DNA from: a virus
Taxonomy: Duplodnaviria > Caudoviricetes
DNA length: 27,608 bases
IMG/VR virus record: IMGVR_UViG_3300006029_000060
Span: 1 to 27,608 of that record
Direction: 5' to 3' (one strand)
This document shows positions 1-7,380 of the stretch, piece by piece. Each line of letters opens with the position of its first letter. Positions within the stretch are counted from its first letter, which is position 1. Both the position numbers and the translations under genes were made by a program. The notes under the pieces were generated by a model. It did not search any database. It was not told the origin of the DNA and was given only the letters and a program-made list of their open reading frames with translations.

Positions 1-273
1 TCTTACAGTTGGGATACCAGGAGGTGGTCTAAGCTTAAGGATAACGGATGGATAAGTCTATTTGCTAAAAGGAATAGGACTACAACAAAAAGTAATGTAT
101 ATAAGGTTTCATTCAAGGGCAAACAACTTATAAGTAGAATGTATAGAATAATGCTGGGTGAAGAGGACATACCTACAAGCCCACAGAGAAATACTATAAT
201 GAAAGGTAGCACATACTCTGACAAAGTACTAAAAAAATCAATCAAAAACGTAAACAACGATAAATCAATATAG
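1..273 (+). CDS. 3' part of a hypothetical phage protein (5'-truncated by the window; not in ORF track)
   Basis: Frame +1 is open from base 1 (SYSWDTRRWSKLKDNGWISLF...YKVSFKGKQLISRMYRIMLGEEDIP...NNDKSI) to TAG 271-273. It is co-oriented with all downstream genes. The L..GW....R......Y..S.KG pattern loosely resembles a winged-helix C-terminus (inference). Confidence 0.75.
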   Translation, partial: SYSWDTRRWSKLKDNGWISLFAKRNRTTTKSNVYKVSFKGKQLISRMYRIMLGEEDIPTSPQRNTIMKGSTYSDKVLKKSIKNVNNDKSI

Positions 274-294
274 CTAACATTAAAGAAAAAAACA

Positions 295-804
295 ATGAAC
301 AACAGTAAAGGATTTAAAATGAAGTCAGCCTATGGCTCTGGATTAAAGCAAACAGGTAAAATGGAAGCCGTAGGTTCTATGGCGAGAAGAGCTCAGTATG
401 ACAAATTAGGATGGGCTTATGATGAGACAATTCCAGTACAAGGACCTTTAAAAGGAAGAGAAGCTAGGCCTACTACTAGGTCATCAAATGCAGGATTTCC
501 TGTGGTGAATGTTCCAGCAAAAAAAGCAGCCGTTAAAAAACAAGCACCAATGAAAAAAGTAGCACCTAAGGGAGTTGTTTCTGTAAAATCTGCTACTAAA
601 GAAGCTAAACCTAAAACAAGTGCAACTCCTCAAAAAGCTAGCACAGCTGCTCAGAAATCACTTGTAAAACAATTTACTCCTAAAAAAGAAGTTAGAAAAG
701 AAAAAAGAACAGTAAAGAAAGTAGCCAGAAAAAGTGCTAAGTCAACCAAGAAAGTAAGTAGATTGGAAGGTAAGCTAGAAGCTGCAAAAAAAGCAAAGAA
801 ATAA
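295..804 (+). CDS. Lys/Ala-rich basic disordered protein (histone H1-like composition), possible internal virion/DNA-binding protein
   Basis: ATG follows an A-rich leader. The C-terminal half is K/A/P-rich (PAKKAAVKKQAPMKKVAPK). It carries the SxxRxAQYxxxGWAxDxT motif. Confidence 0.75.
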   Translation: MNNSKGFKMKSAYGSGLKQTGKMEAVGSMARRAQYDKLGWAYDETIPVQGPLKGREARPTTRSSNAGFPVVNVPAKKAAVKKQAPMKKVAPKGVVSVKSATKEAKPKTSATPQKASTAAQKSLVKQFTPKKEVRKEKRTVKKVARKSAKSTKKVSRLEGKLEAAKKAKK

Positions 805-832
805 TTAAGTATTAATCTTTTAAATAAAAAAA

Positions 833-1627
833 ATGAAAGATATATCAGAAAGTTTTGGAGCCAAGAGAGCTGAAAGAAAAGAATATAGAGCTGCAAAAAA
901 AGATGCTTTTGAAAAAGCAAGAGATAGAGGAGAGTTAAAGTTTGATGCAACAACTCCTTTAGATTCATCTTTTACTTCTTTGACAGCAGCAACAGCAGCA
1001 AACATTTTTGCTAAAAATAAAGCAAGGAAAGCTGTTAAGAGAGATTTTGACAAAAGTTATTTAGCAAGCAAAACAAAGCAAAAAACAAGTGGTGCAAACA
1101 CTAGTATTCCTAAAGTAGAAACTAGTACTGGTACTACGGTACGTGGCTCAGATTCTTCTGAAGCAAACTACAATAAAGAATTGGCAGAAATAAAAAGTAG
1201 AATTAATACTACCAATACTGCTCCTAATACTGCTCCTAATACTGCCACTAAAACTGCTCCTAAAACTGCTCCTAATACTGCCACTAATACTGTTAGTAAC
1301 AAACCAAAGTCAAAAGGCATGGCTGCTGCTTTTAGTCCAGAAAGAATAGCTCAGTATAAGGCAAAAGGTTGGGCTATGGATAACACTACTCATAGAAATT
1401 CTTCAAGTAAATCATCAGGAATGTCAACTGGAGAGAAAAACATTCAAAATAGAATTAAAGAACTTGAAAAAACTGGAGAGATTAAATTAAAACCAAACAG
1501 CAGTCCTAAACAAGTCAACAAATCTACTAGCGCAATAGCTAATAATCCAGTGCAGGTTATACGAGAAAACAATCCTCTTAGAAGTTTAAGAAATAGTATT
1601 CAATCATTTAAAAATGACAAAAGATAA
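833..1627 (+). CDS. Basic, low-complexity K/S/T/N-rich protein with internal tetrapeptide repeats
   Basis: 264-aa ORF with an A-rich leader and NTAP/KTAP repeats. It carries the second copy of the AQYxxxGWAxDxT motif. Confidence 0.75.
   Translation: MKDISESFGAKRAERKEYRAAKKDAFEKARDRGELKFDATTPLDSSFTSLTAATAANIFAKNKARKAVKRDFDKSYLASKTKQKTSGANTSIPKVETSTGTTVRGSDSSEANYNKELAEIKSRINTTNTAPNTAPNTATKTAPKTAPNTATNTVSNKPKSKGMAAAFSPERIAQYKAKGWAMDNTTHRNSSSKSSGMSTGEKNIQNRIKELEKTGEIKLKPNSSPKQVNKSTSAIANNPVQVIRENNPLRSLRNSIQSFKNDKR
1214..1292 (+). repeat. In-frame 12-bp tandem repeat (about 6.5 copies of AAWACTGCYMCT) encoding NTAP/NTAT/KTAP
   Basis: aatactgctcct x2, aatactgccact, aaaactgctcct x2, aatactgccact, aatactg. 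Confidence 0.9.
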
Positions 1628-1642
1628 ATAAATAATAAAAAA

Positions 1643-1909
1643 ATGGATAATACAATAGACCAAACAGGTATTGCAGAAGCAAACATGATGGGAGTTGCTG
1701 CTATAAATGCAGCACCACCTTCACAACAACCTGTAGTACAACCTGTATATAACAAGGCAATAGGTTCTCCTATGGGAGTACAAAGAACTCCAGCAGACCC
1801 AACAGGTCAAGTTACAACTACAACGCCTACAGATTTAAACTTTAATGCAAAAACTAGAGATATGGGTTTAATGATGTACGGAGGAAATAAATCTAGAGGT
1901 ATAAAGTAA
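1643..1909 (+). CDS. Small hypothetical protein (P/Q/T-rich, likely disordered)
   Basis: 88-aa ORF with an A-rich leader, tightly packed in the operon. Confidence 0.7.
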   Translation: MDNTIDQTGIAEANMMGVAAINAAPPSQQPVVQPVYNKAIGSPMGVQRTPADPTGQVTTTTPTDLNFNAKTRDMGLMMYGGNKSRGIK

Positions 1910-1923
1910 TAAAAAATAATATT

Positions 1924-2145
1924 ATGAAAAGCAAGAAGATGGTAGAAACAAAAAGACCTTACGCAGAAGAACAGGGATTTGATTCAATTTGGGCTGGGCC
2001 ATTGAATATGGACAATATGCCAAAAGGTAAAGGAAACAGTAGAGGTGCAAATGGTATTCAGCTATTAGCTAAAAATATGCCAGCTTATATTCCAGGGCCT
2101 ATCACAGAGAAAGCAAAAGGGTATGACGATGATGATATGAGTTAA
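1924..2145 (+). CDS. Small hypothetical protein
   Basis: 73-aa ORF with an AT-rich leader and operon-like spacing. Confidence 0.7.
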   Translation: MKSKKMVETKRPYAEEQGFDSIWAGPLNMDNMPKGKGNSRGANGIQLLAKNMPAYIPGPITEKAKGYDDDDMS

Positions 2146-2149
2146 AATT

Positions 2150-2314
2150 GTGAGTGATTTTAAGCTTTATATTGCTAATACCTTAGTGATGATGATAACT
2201 ATGTCAGACATAGAGGTCATACTTAAGATACTCTTATTAGTTGTTACAATAGGTTACACTGCTTTTAAGTGGTTGGCTGTTGTTAAAAAATACAGGGATG
2301 AAAAAAATAAGTGA
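2150..2314 (+). CDS. Small membrane protein, putative holin (not in ORF track)
   Basis: GTG at 2150 to TGA at 2312-2314 encodes MSDFKLYIANTLVMMITMSDIEVILKILLLVVTIGYTAFKWLAVVKKYRDEKNK (54 aa). It has 1-2 hydrophobic helices and a charged C-terminal tail, fills the gap between genes, and overlaps the endolysin start. Confidence 0.7.
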   Translation: MSDFKLYIANTLVMMITMSDIEVILKILLLVVTIGYTAFKWLAVVKKYRDEKNK

Positions 2315-2759
2315 ACATATATCATATAAGGAGGCAGTCAGAAGTGACACAGCGGATAGATTAAACATAATTAACCTCCCTAACGAGTCCGAATTGGATA
2401 ATATGAGTACTATATCAGAAAAGATATTTGAGCCTCTTAGAAGTCACGTAGGAGGCCCTATACGCATTAATAGCTTCTTTCGTTCAGTTGAATTAAACAA
2501 AGCTATTGGGGGAAGCTCTACTTCGCAGCACTGCAAGGGACAAGCTTTTGATTTAGATGACTCATATGGATGCATGACTAATGCTGAGATGTATAAGTTT
2601 GTAAAAGATAACTTAGACTTTGATCAGATGATATGGGAATTTGGCGATAATGAAAATCCTAATTGGATACACATATCTTACGTTTCTCAAGAGAAGAATA
2701 GGAATAGATGCCTAAAGGCTTGGAAGGAACATGGTAGGACTAGATATACAATAATATAA
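2298..2759 (+). CDS. Peptidase M15 family (Zn-dependent peptidoglycan peptidase), probable endolysin
   Basis: Motifs INSFFRS..LN..IGG...SQH..GQAFD and WIHISY provide the M15 H/D/H zinc ligands. ATG 2298 is preferred over the track's 2280 start. Confidence 0.88.
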   Translation: MKKISEHISYKEAVRSDTADRLNIINLPNESELDNMSTISEKIFEPLRSHVGGPIRINSFFRSVELNKAIGGSSTSQHCKGQAFDLDDSYGCMTNAEMYKFVKDNLDFDQMIWEFGDNENPNWIHISYVSQEKNRNRCLKAWKEHGRTRYTII

Positions 2760-3025
2760 TGGTTAAGAAAGGAGACATGGCTTGTAATAAGCCAAAGAGA
2801 ACACCTGGACATCCTAAGAAGTCTCACGTTGTAAAGGCTTGTGAGGGTGGAAAAGAAAAGATAATTAGGTTTGGTCAGCAGGGTGCTAGTACGGCAGGAA
2901 AGCCAAAATCTGGAGAGTCTGCTAAAATGAAGGCCAAGAGAAAAAGTTTTAAGGCTAGGCACGGAAAGAATATAGCTAAAGGTAAAATGTCTGCTGCATA
3001 TTGGGCGGATAAAGTTAAGTGGTAA
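2759..3025 (+). CDS. Small very basic phage protein (RFGQxG...RKSFKARH...SAAYWA type)
   Basis: 88 aa and K/R-rich. The motif pattern is recognised from a widespread uncharacterised viral family. Its start overlaps the endolysin stop (TAATG). Confidence 0.75.
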   Translation: MVKKGDMACNKPKRTPGHPKKSHVVKACEGGKEKIIRFGQQGASTAGKPKSGESAKMKAKRKSFKARHGKNIAKGKMSAAYWADKVKW

Positions 3026-3038
3026 ACATATATAAAAA

Positions 3039-3389
3039 ATGGCGTTCAAACTATCTAACCCCCCATATAACAGTGAGCCGACTCCAGTCTATCAAGCAGA
3101 ATTGGGGCCTGGCGTTCTTGGGCAAAGTAATAACAACGGCACTATCATAATAAATGAGAAGCTAGACCCTAAGTTTCACGATGAGGTTATTAGACACGAA
3201 GAAGTCCACATAAATCAAATGTCACGAGGCGACTTAGATTATGATGATAGCAACATTTATTGGAAGGGTAAGAAGTACTCAAAGAATAATCCTAAGATAG
3301 CTATGGCAAGTCCATCTAATTCTCCTTGGGAGAAAGAGGCTTATAAGAAATCTAAGACTAAATATAAAGATAAAAAATACAATGTCTAA
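3039..3389 (+). CDS. Small zincin-like metallopeptidase (HExxH)
   Basis: G.IIIN strand followed by VIRHEEVHINQ (HExxH), then PWEKEAY supplying a probable third-ligand Glu. Confidence 0.75.
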   Translation: MAFKLSNPPYNSEPTPVYQAELGPGVLGQSNNNGTIIINEKLDPKFHDEVIRHEEVHINQMSRGDLDYDDSNIYWKGKKYSKNNPKIAMASPSNSPWEKEAYKKSKTKYKDKKYNV

Positions 3390-3825
3390 AAAATTCAAAG
3401 AAACAAAACTTGGTATTTTCTTAGGGAATACTGCCCCCCATATACTAGAAATAGCTGGGGACTTTTTGCCAGACGCAGGGGTGTTAGGTATGGTTAAGAA
3501 CCTTATTGAAAAGGATGAAAAGATTAAGCCCGAAGATAGGAAGGTAGCACTAGCTCAAACAAAAGAAATGTATGAGTTAGAAGTAAAGGATAGAGAATCT
3601 GCTAGAAATAGAGAGGTTGAAGTTAAAAAGGCAGGTGGAAAAGATACTATGATGATGCTTACAGGTATCGTTGGGTTAGCTTCTTTCTTATTTATCATAT
3701 ACGCAGTAGTTTACGAGGAAGGAGTTTTACATAATGAACTCTTTGTACATTTAATGGGTATGGTTGAAGGAGTAGTAATTTCAAACATATTTGCCTATTA
3801 TTATGGGACTTCAGCAGAAAAATAA
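3382..3825 (+). CDS. Holin-like membrane protein with two C-terminal TM helices
   Basis: Amphipathic N-terminus, DRESARNRE linker, then hydrophobic MMMLTGIVGLASFLFIIYAVVY and LFVHLMGMVEGVVISNIFAYYYG. It lies close to the endolysin. Confidence 0.65.
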   Translation: MSKKFKETKLGIFLGNTAPHILEIAGDFLPDAGVLGMVKNLIEKDEKIKPEDRKVALAQTKEMYELEVKDRESARNREVEVKKAGGKDTMMMLTGIVGLASFLFIIYAVVYEEGVLHNELFVHLMGMVEGVVISNIFAYYYGTSAEK

Positions 3826-3876
3826 TAAAACATAGGTAATAATAATATAGAAGACAATTTAATCAAATTTAATATA

Positions 3877-4113
3877 ATGAGAATAACAGACGAAGAGCTT
3901 GAACTTATCAGAGAGCAACAAACAAAAATTGCTCAAATTAAACAAGACATCGGAACACTAGAACTTAGAAAGCACGAGGTCATGAGTGTTATGCTTGATG
4001 TGAATCAAGAGGTTGAAGAGACAAAGACTACACTTGAAGAAAAGTATGGTCGTGTAAACATTAACCTTGACGATGGCAGTTACACTGCTGTTGAGGAAGA
4101 AGAATCTAAGTAA
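3877..4113 (+). CDS. Small acidic coiled-coil protein
   Basis: 78 aa with a heptad pattern, ending LEEKYGRVNINLDDGSY. Confidence 0.75.
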   Translation: MRITDEELELIREQQTKIAQIKQDIGTLELRKHEVMSVMLDVNQEVEETKTTLEEKYGRVNINLDDGSYTAVEEEESK

Positions 4114-4340
4114 TGAGTAGTGTTATAAGAAAAATCAGTATAGGGTCTGATTATAAAAATGATGCGATGCACTACTCCGTTGGACAACAGGTGTATGGTG
4201 GTCATGAAATATCTGATATTCTCTTTGATGAGAAAGATAGTTCTTATAACATATACATAAAGAAAGGTGATGAGATCTTGCCTTGGAAAAAGTTCAATAG
4301 TAATATGGCTATTTCAGTCGAATACGACTTGCAGTATTAA
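4113..4340 (+). CDS. Small beta-rich hypothetical protein
   Basis: 75 aa, translationally coupled (TAATG) at both ends. Confidence 0.75.
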   Translation: MSSVIRKISIGSDYKNDAMHYSVGQQVYGGHEISDILFDEKDSSYNIYIKKGDEILPWKKFNSNMAISVEYDLQY

Positions 4341-4936
4341 TGAAAAGTATCCACGATTTTATCGTAAAACCCATCGAGGGTCGATACAACAATACTGTTA
4401 AGGTTGACGATGTTGACCTCATTATAAATACAAGAATTGAGGAATTTAAAAGTGTAAGCAAGGTGGCAGAAGTTGTCGCTTTGCCTTTATCTATAAAAAC
4501 TGACATTAAAGTTGGAGATAAAGTAGTAGTACACCATAACGTATTCAGAAGATTCTATGACATTAGAGGCAACGAAAAAAACAGTAGAAGTTTTATTAAA
4601 GAAGATATGTATGCTTGCTCACCTGAGCAAATTTATATGTATGGAGCAAATAAGGCTCATCTGGATTATTGTTTTGTAAAACCTTTAGTAAGCCATGACA
4701 TTTTCTCTTTAGATAGAGAGAAGCCTCTTGTGGGATTGTTAAAGCACGGAAACAAAGGTCTTGAGGAAATGGGTATAAACGAAGAGGATTTAGTGTCCTT
4801 CAGGCCAACGTCAGAATTTGAGTTTATCATTGATGGTGAACTATTATATTGTATGAAATTAATTAACATTGTTGCGAAACATGGACGTAAAGGAAACGAA
4901 GAGGAATATAATCCAAGCTGGGCAAAGAGCAGTTGA
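4340..4936 (+). CDS. GroES/cpn10-like protein, apparently two tandem GroES-like domains
   Basis: First half: FIVKP...AEVVALP...DIKVGDKVVV. Second half: YCFVKPL...EKPLVG...GINEEDLVSF....EFIIDGELLYCM...I. Both follow the GroES strand pattern. Confidence 0.65.
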   Translation: MKSIHDFIVKPIEGRYNNTVKVDDVDLIINTRIEEFKSVSKVAEVVALPLSIKTDIKVGDKVVVHHNVFRRFYDIRGNEKNSRSFIKEDMYACSPEQIYMYGANKAHLDYCFVKPLVSHDIFSLDREKPLVGLLKHGNKGLEEMGINEEDLVSFRPTSEFEFIIDGELLYCMKLINIVAKHGRKGNEEEYNPSWAKSS

Positions 4937-5165
4937 GGAATTAATAAAGGTTGCTAAAGAGGCCATTGTTGATTCAGACGATGACTTAACAGCGGACAAA
5001 TTAAAGAATGCTGCAGCAACTAAAAAGCTAGCAATATTTGACGCCTTTGAAATTCTAAACAGGATTGAGCAGGAGGAAGAGATGTTAGAGGATAAGCCTA
5101 AAGACGACACTAAGAAGAAGAGTGAGTTTAAAGGGTTCGCAGAAGGTAGAGCTAAATTCAGTTAA
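4881..5165 (+). CDS. Probable terminase small subunit
   Basis: 94-aa helical protein (ATG 4881) ending 1 nt before the terL start. The call is positional inference only. Confidence 0.5.
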   Translation: MDVKETKRNIIQAGQRAVEELIKVAKEAIVDSDDDLTADKLKNAAATKKLAIFDAFEILNRIEQEEEMLEDKPKDDTKKKSEFKGFAEGRAKFS

Positions 5166-5166
5166 T

Positions 5167-7380
5167 ATGTACGAACAGACACTATATAAAGTACTGGACA
5201 ACTACATAAAGGCATCTACAATAAAAAAGAAGAACAGGCACAAGTCCTGGAAGTACGGTTATGATGCAGATCATGACATGGTCATTATAAGTAAAACTGG
5301 TAAGATAGGAGAGATTTACGAAATACAAAATCTCAAGATAGCTTTACCTGCTGAATTTGAAATTCAAAACTTTAAAGGCCAGCGATGGGTTAACACAGAA
5401 TACCCTAAGGAATTAAGTAGAATAAAAACAATATTTGATTGGAAGGACTATCCTGAAGATTTTAAAGAAGAATGGTACGATTACATTGAAAAAGAATTTG
5501 AAAGAAGGGAACAAGGATTTTGGTTTAATAATAAGGGTAACCCTACTTACATTACTGGCACTCATTATATGTACTTGCAATGGTCAAAGATTGATGTTGG
5601 TCCACCAGACTTTAGAGAAGCAAACAGATTGTTTTATATATTCTGGGAAGCCTGCAAAGCCGATTATAGATGTTTTGGAATGGACTACCTTAAAAACAGA
5701 CGGAGTGGATTTTCGTTCATGTCATCTGGAGAAATTGTCAACCTTGCAACCATGTCTACTGACTCTAGATACGGCATACTTTCAAAGTCAGGGCCTGATG
5801 CAAAAAAAATGTTTACCGACAAGGTTGTACCAATATCAGTCAATTATCCGTTCTTCTTCAAACCCATCCAAGATGGTATGGATAGACCGAAAACAGAATT
5901 GGCATATAGAGTCCCTGCTTCAAAACTTACAAGGAGGAAACTTGACGCTAATGAGAACCCAGAGGATCTCAAAGGATTGGATACTACGATTGACTGGAAA
6001 AATACAGGTGACAACTCCTATGATGGAGAAAAATTAAAGTTACTTGTACACGATGAATCTGGTAAGTGGGAAAGACCTAACAACATACTTAATAACTGGA
6101 GGGTAACAAAAACTTGTCTTAGATTAGGTAGCAGAATTATTGGAAAGTGTATGATGGGTTCAACATCAAATGCTTTAGATAAGGGAGGTGACAACTTTAA
6201 AAAACTATATTATGCATCAGACGTTACAAGGAGAAACAGCAATGGACAGACTGCTTCAGGATTATATTCTTTGTTCATACCTATGGAATGGAACTACGAG
6301 GGATACATTGATTCTTATGGACTACCTGTATTCGATACTCCCGAAGAACCAATCGAAGATCAGTATGGAATACCGATAACAACAGGTGTAATAGATTACT
6401 GGAATAACGAAGTAGCTGGTTTAAAAGAAGATCAGGACGGCTTAAATGAATTTTACAGACAGTTTCCTAGAACAGAACAGCACGCATTTAGGGATGAGGC
6501 AAAAGAATCTTTGTTTAACCTAACAAAAATATACCAGCAGATAGATCATAATGAATCTATGGCTGCTAGCACATTGGTTACAAGAGGAAATTTCCAATGG
6601 GAGAATGGTATTAAGGACACAAAAGTAATGTTTATGCCGCACAAGGATGGCAGATTTTACGTTTCTTGGATACCACCTTTGGGTATGCAAAATAGGATTA
6701 TAAATAAAAACGGCACCAATTACCCTGGCAATGAGCATTTAGGGGCTTTTGGATGTGATAGTTATGATATATCTGGTACGGTAGATAGTAGAGGATCTAA
6801 CGGAGCATTGCACGGATTAACTAAGTTTAGTATGGAAGAGGCTCCAAGTAATCATTTCTTTTTAGAATACATTGCAAGACCTCAGACAGCTGAAATATTT
6901 TTTGAAGACGTATTAATGGCTTGCGTATTTTATGGTATGCCAATATTAGCAGAGAATAATAAACCTAGACTTCTATATCATTTTAAGAACAGGGGCTACA
7001 GAGGGTACTCAATGAATAGACCAGACAAAACATATAATAAGTTATCAATTACAGAAAGAGAAATAGGTGGTATTCCTAACTCAAGTCAAGACATTATGCA
7101 GGCACACGCTGCTGCAATAGAAACATATATTGAGGAACTTGTAGGAATTTTAGGTGATGATGAAATGGGGGACGTTTACTTCCAAAGAACTTTAGAGGAT
7201 TGGGCAAGGTTTAATATAAACAATAGGACAAAACACGATGCTTCTATAAGTTCTGGATTAGCTATTATGGCTTGTAACAGAAACAGGTACGCACCAGTAA
7301 ACAAAGTAGTAAGAAAAAATATAAATCTAGGATTGAAGAGATACGACAACTCTGGAAGTTATTCAAAAATAATAAATTAA
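5167..7380 (+). CDS. terL: Terminase large subunit
   Basis: Walker A-like LKNRRSGFS, Walker B LLVHDESGKW, coupling motif MMGSTSN, and RNase H-like nuclease motifs FGCDSYD...HDASISSGLA. It precedes the portal gene. ATG 5167 is preferred. Confidence 0.93.
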   Translation: MYEQTLYKVLDNYIKASTIKKKNRHKSWKYGYDADHDMVIISKTGKIGEIYEIQNLKIALPAEFEIQNFKGQRWVNTEYPKELSRIKTIFDWKDYPEDFKEEWYDYIEKEFERREQGFWFNNKGNPTYITGTHYMYLQWSKIDVGPPDFREANRLFYIFWEACKADYRCFGMDYLKNRRSGFSFMSSGEIVNLATMSTDSRYGILSKSGPDAKKMFTDKVVPISVNYPFFFKPIQDGMDRPKTELAYRVPASKLTRRKLDANENPEDLKGLDTTIDWKNTGDNSYDGEKLKLLVHDESGKWERPNNILNNWRVTKTCLRLGSRIIGKCMMGSTSNALDKGGDNFKKLYYASDVTRRNSNGQTASGLYSLFIPMEWNYEGYIDSYGLPVFDTPEEPIEDQYGIPITTGVIDYWNNEVAGLKEDQDGLNEFYRQFPRTEQHAFRDEAKESLFNLTKIYQQIDHNESMAASTLVTRGNFQWENGIKDTKVMFMPHKDGRFYVSWIPPLGMQNRIINKNGTNYPGNEHLGAFGCDSYDISGTVDSRGSNGALHGLTKFSMEEAPSNHFFLEYIARPQTAEIFFEDVLMACVFYGMPILAENNKPRLLYHFKNRGYRGYSMNRPDKTYNKLSITEREIGGIPNSSQDIMQAHAAAIETYIEELVGILGDDEMGDVYFQRTLEDWARFNINNRTKHDASISSGLAIMACNRNRYAPVNKVVRKNINLGLKRYDNSGSYSKIIN
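5435..6037 (+). CDS. Candidate overlapping gene nested in terL (+1 frame): signal-peptide/lipoprotein-like or membrane-anchored protein
   Basis: 203 stop-free codons (5426-6034). A hydrophobic stretch FGLIIRVTLLTLLALII is followed by CTC. terL avoids synonymous NTA codons before purines across this span. Possible TTG starts are 5435, 5486 and 5498. Confidence 0.45.
   Translation: MIGRTILKILKKNGTITLKKNLKEGNKDFGLIIRVTLLTLLALIICTCNGQRLMLVHQTLEKQTDCFIYSGKPAKPIIDVLEWTTLKTDGVDFRSCHLEKLSTLQPCLLTLDTAYFQSQGLMQKKCLPTRLYQYQSIIRSSSNPSKMVWIDRKQNWHIESLLQNLQGGNLTLMRTQRISKDWILRLTGKIQVTTPMMEKN

Noticed and set aside
1214-1292. CRISPR array or diversity-generating-retroelement repeat
   Set aside because: These are contiguous 12-bp coding repeats without spacers. 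No cas or reverse transcriptase gene and no template/variable repeat pair was seen.
6188-6379. Second +1-frame ORF (63 aa) inside terL
   Set aside because: By my count only about 3 Ile/Leu/Val-before-purine positions could create a stop here, so an open frame is expected by chance. It has no recognisable features.
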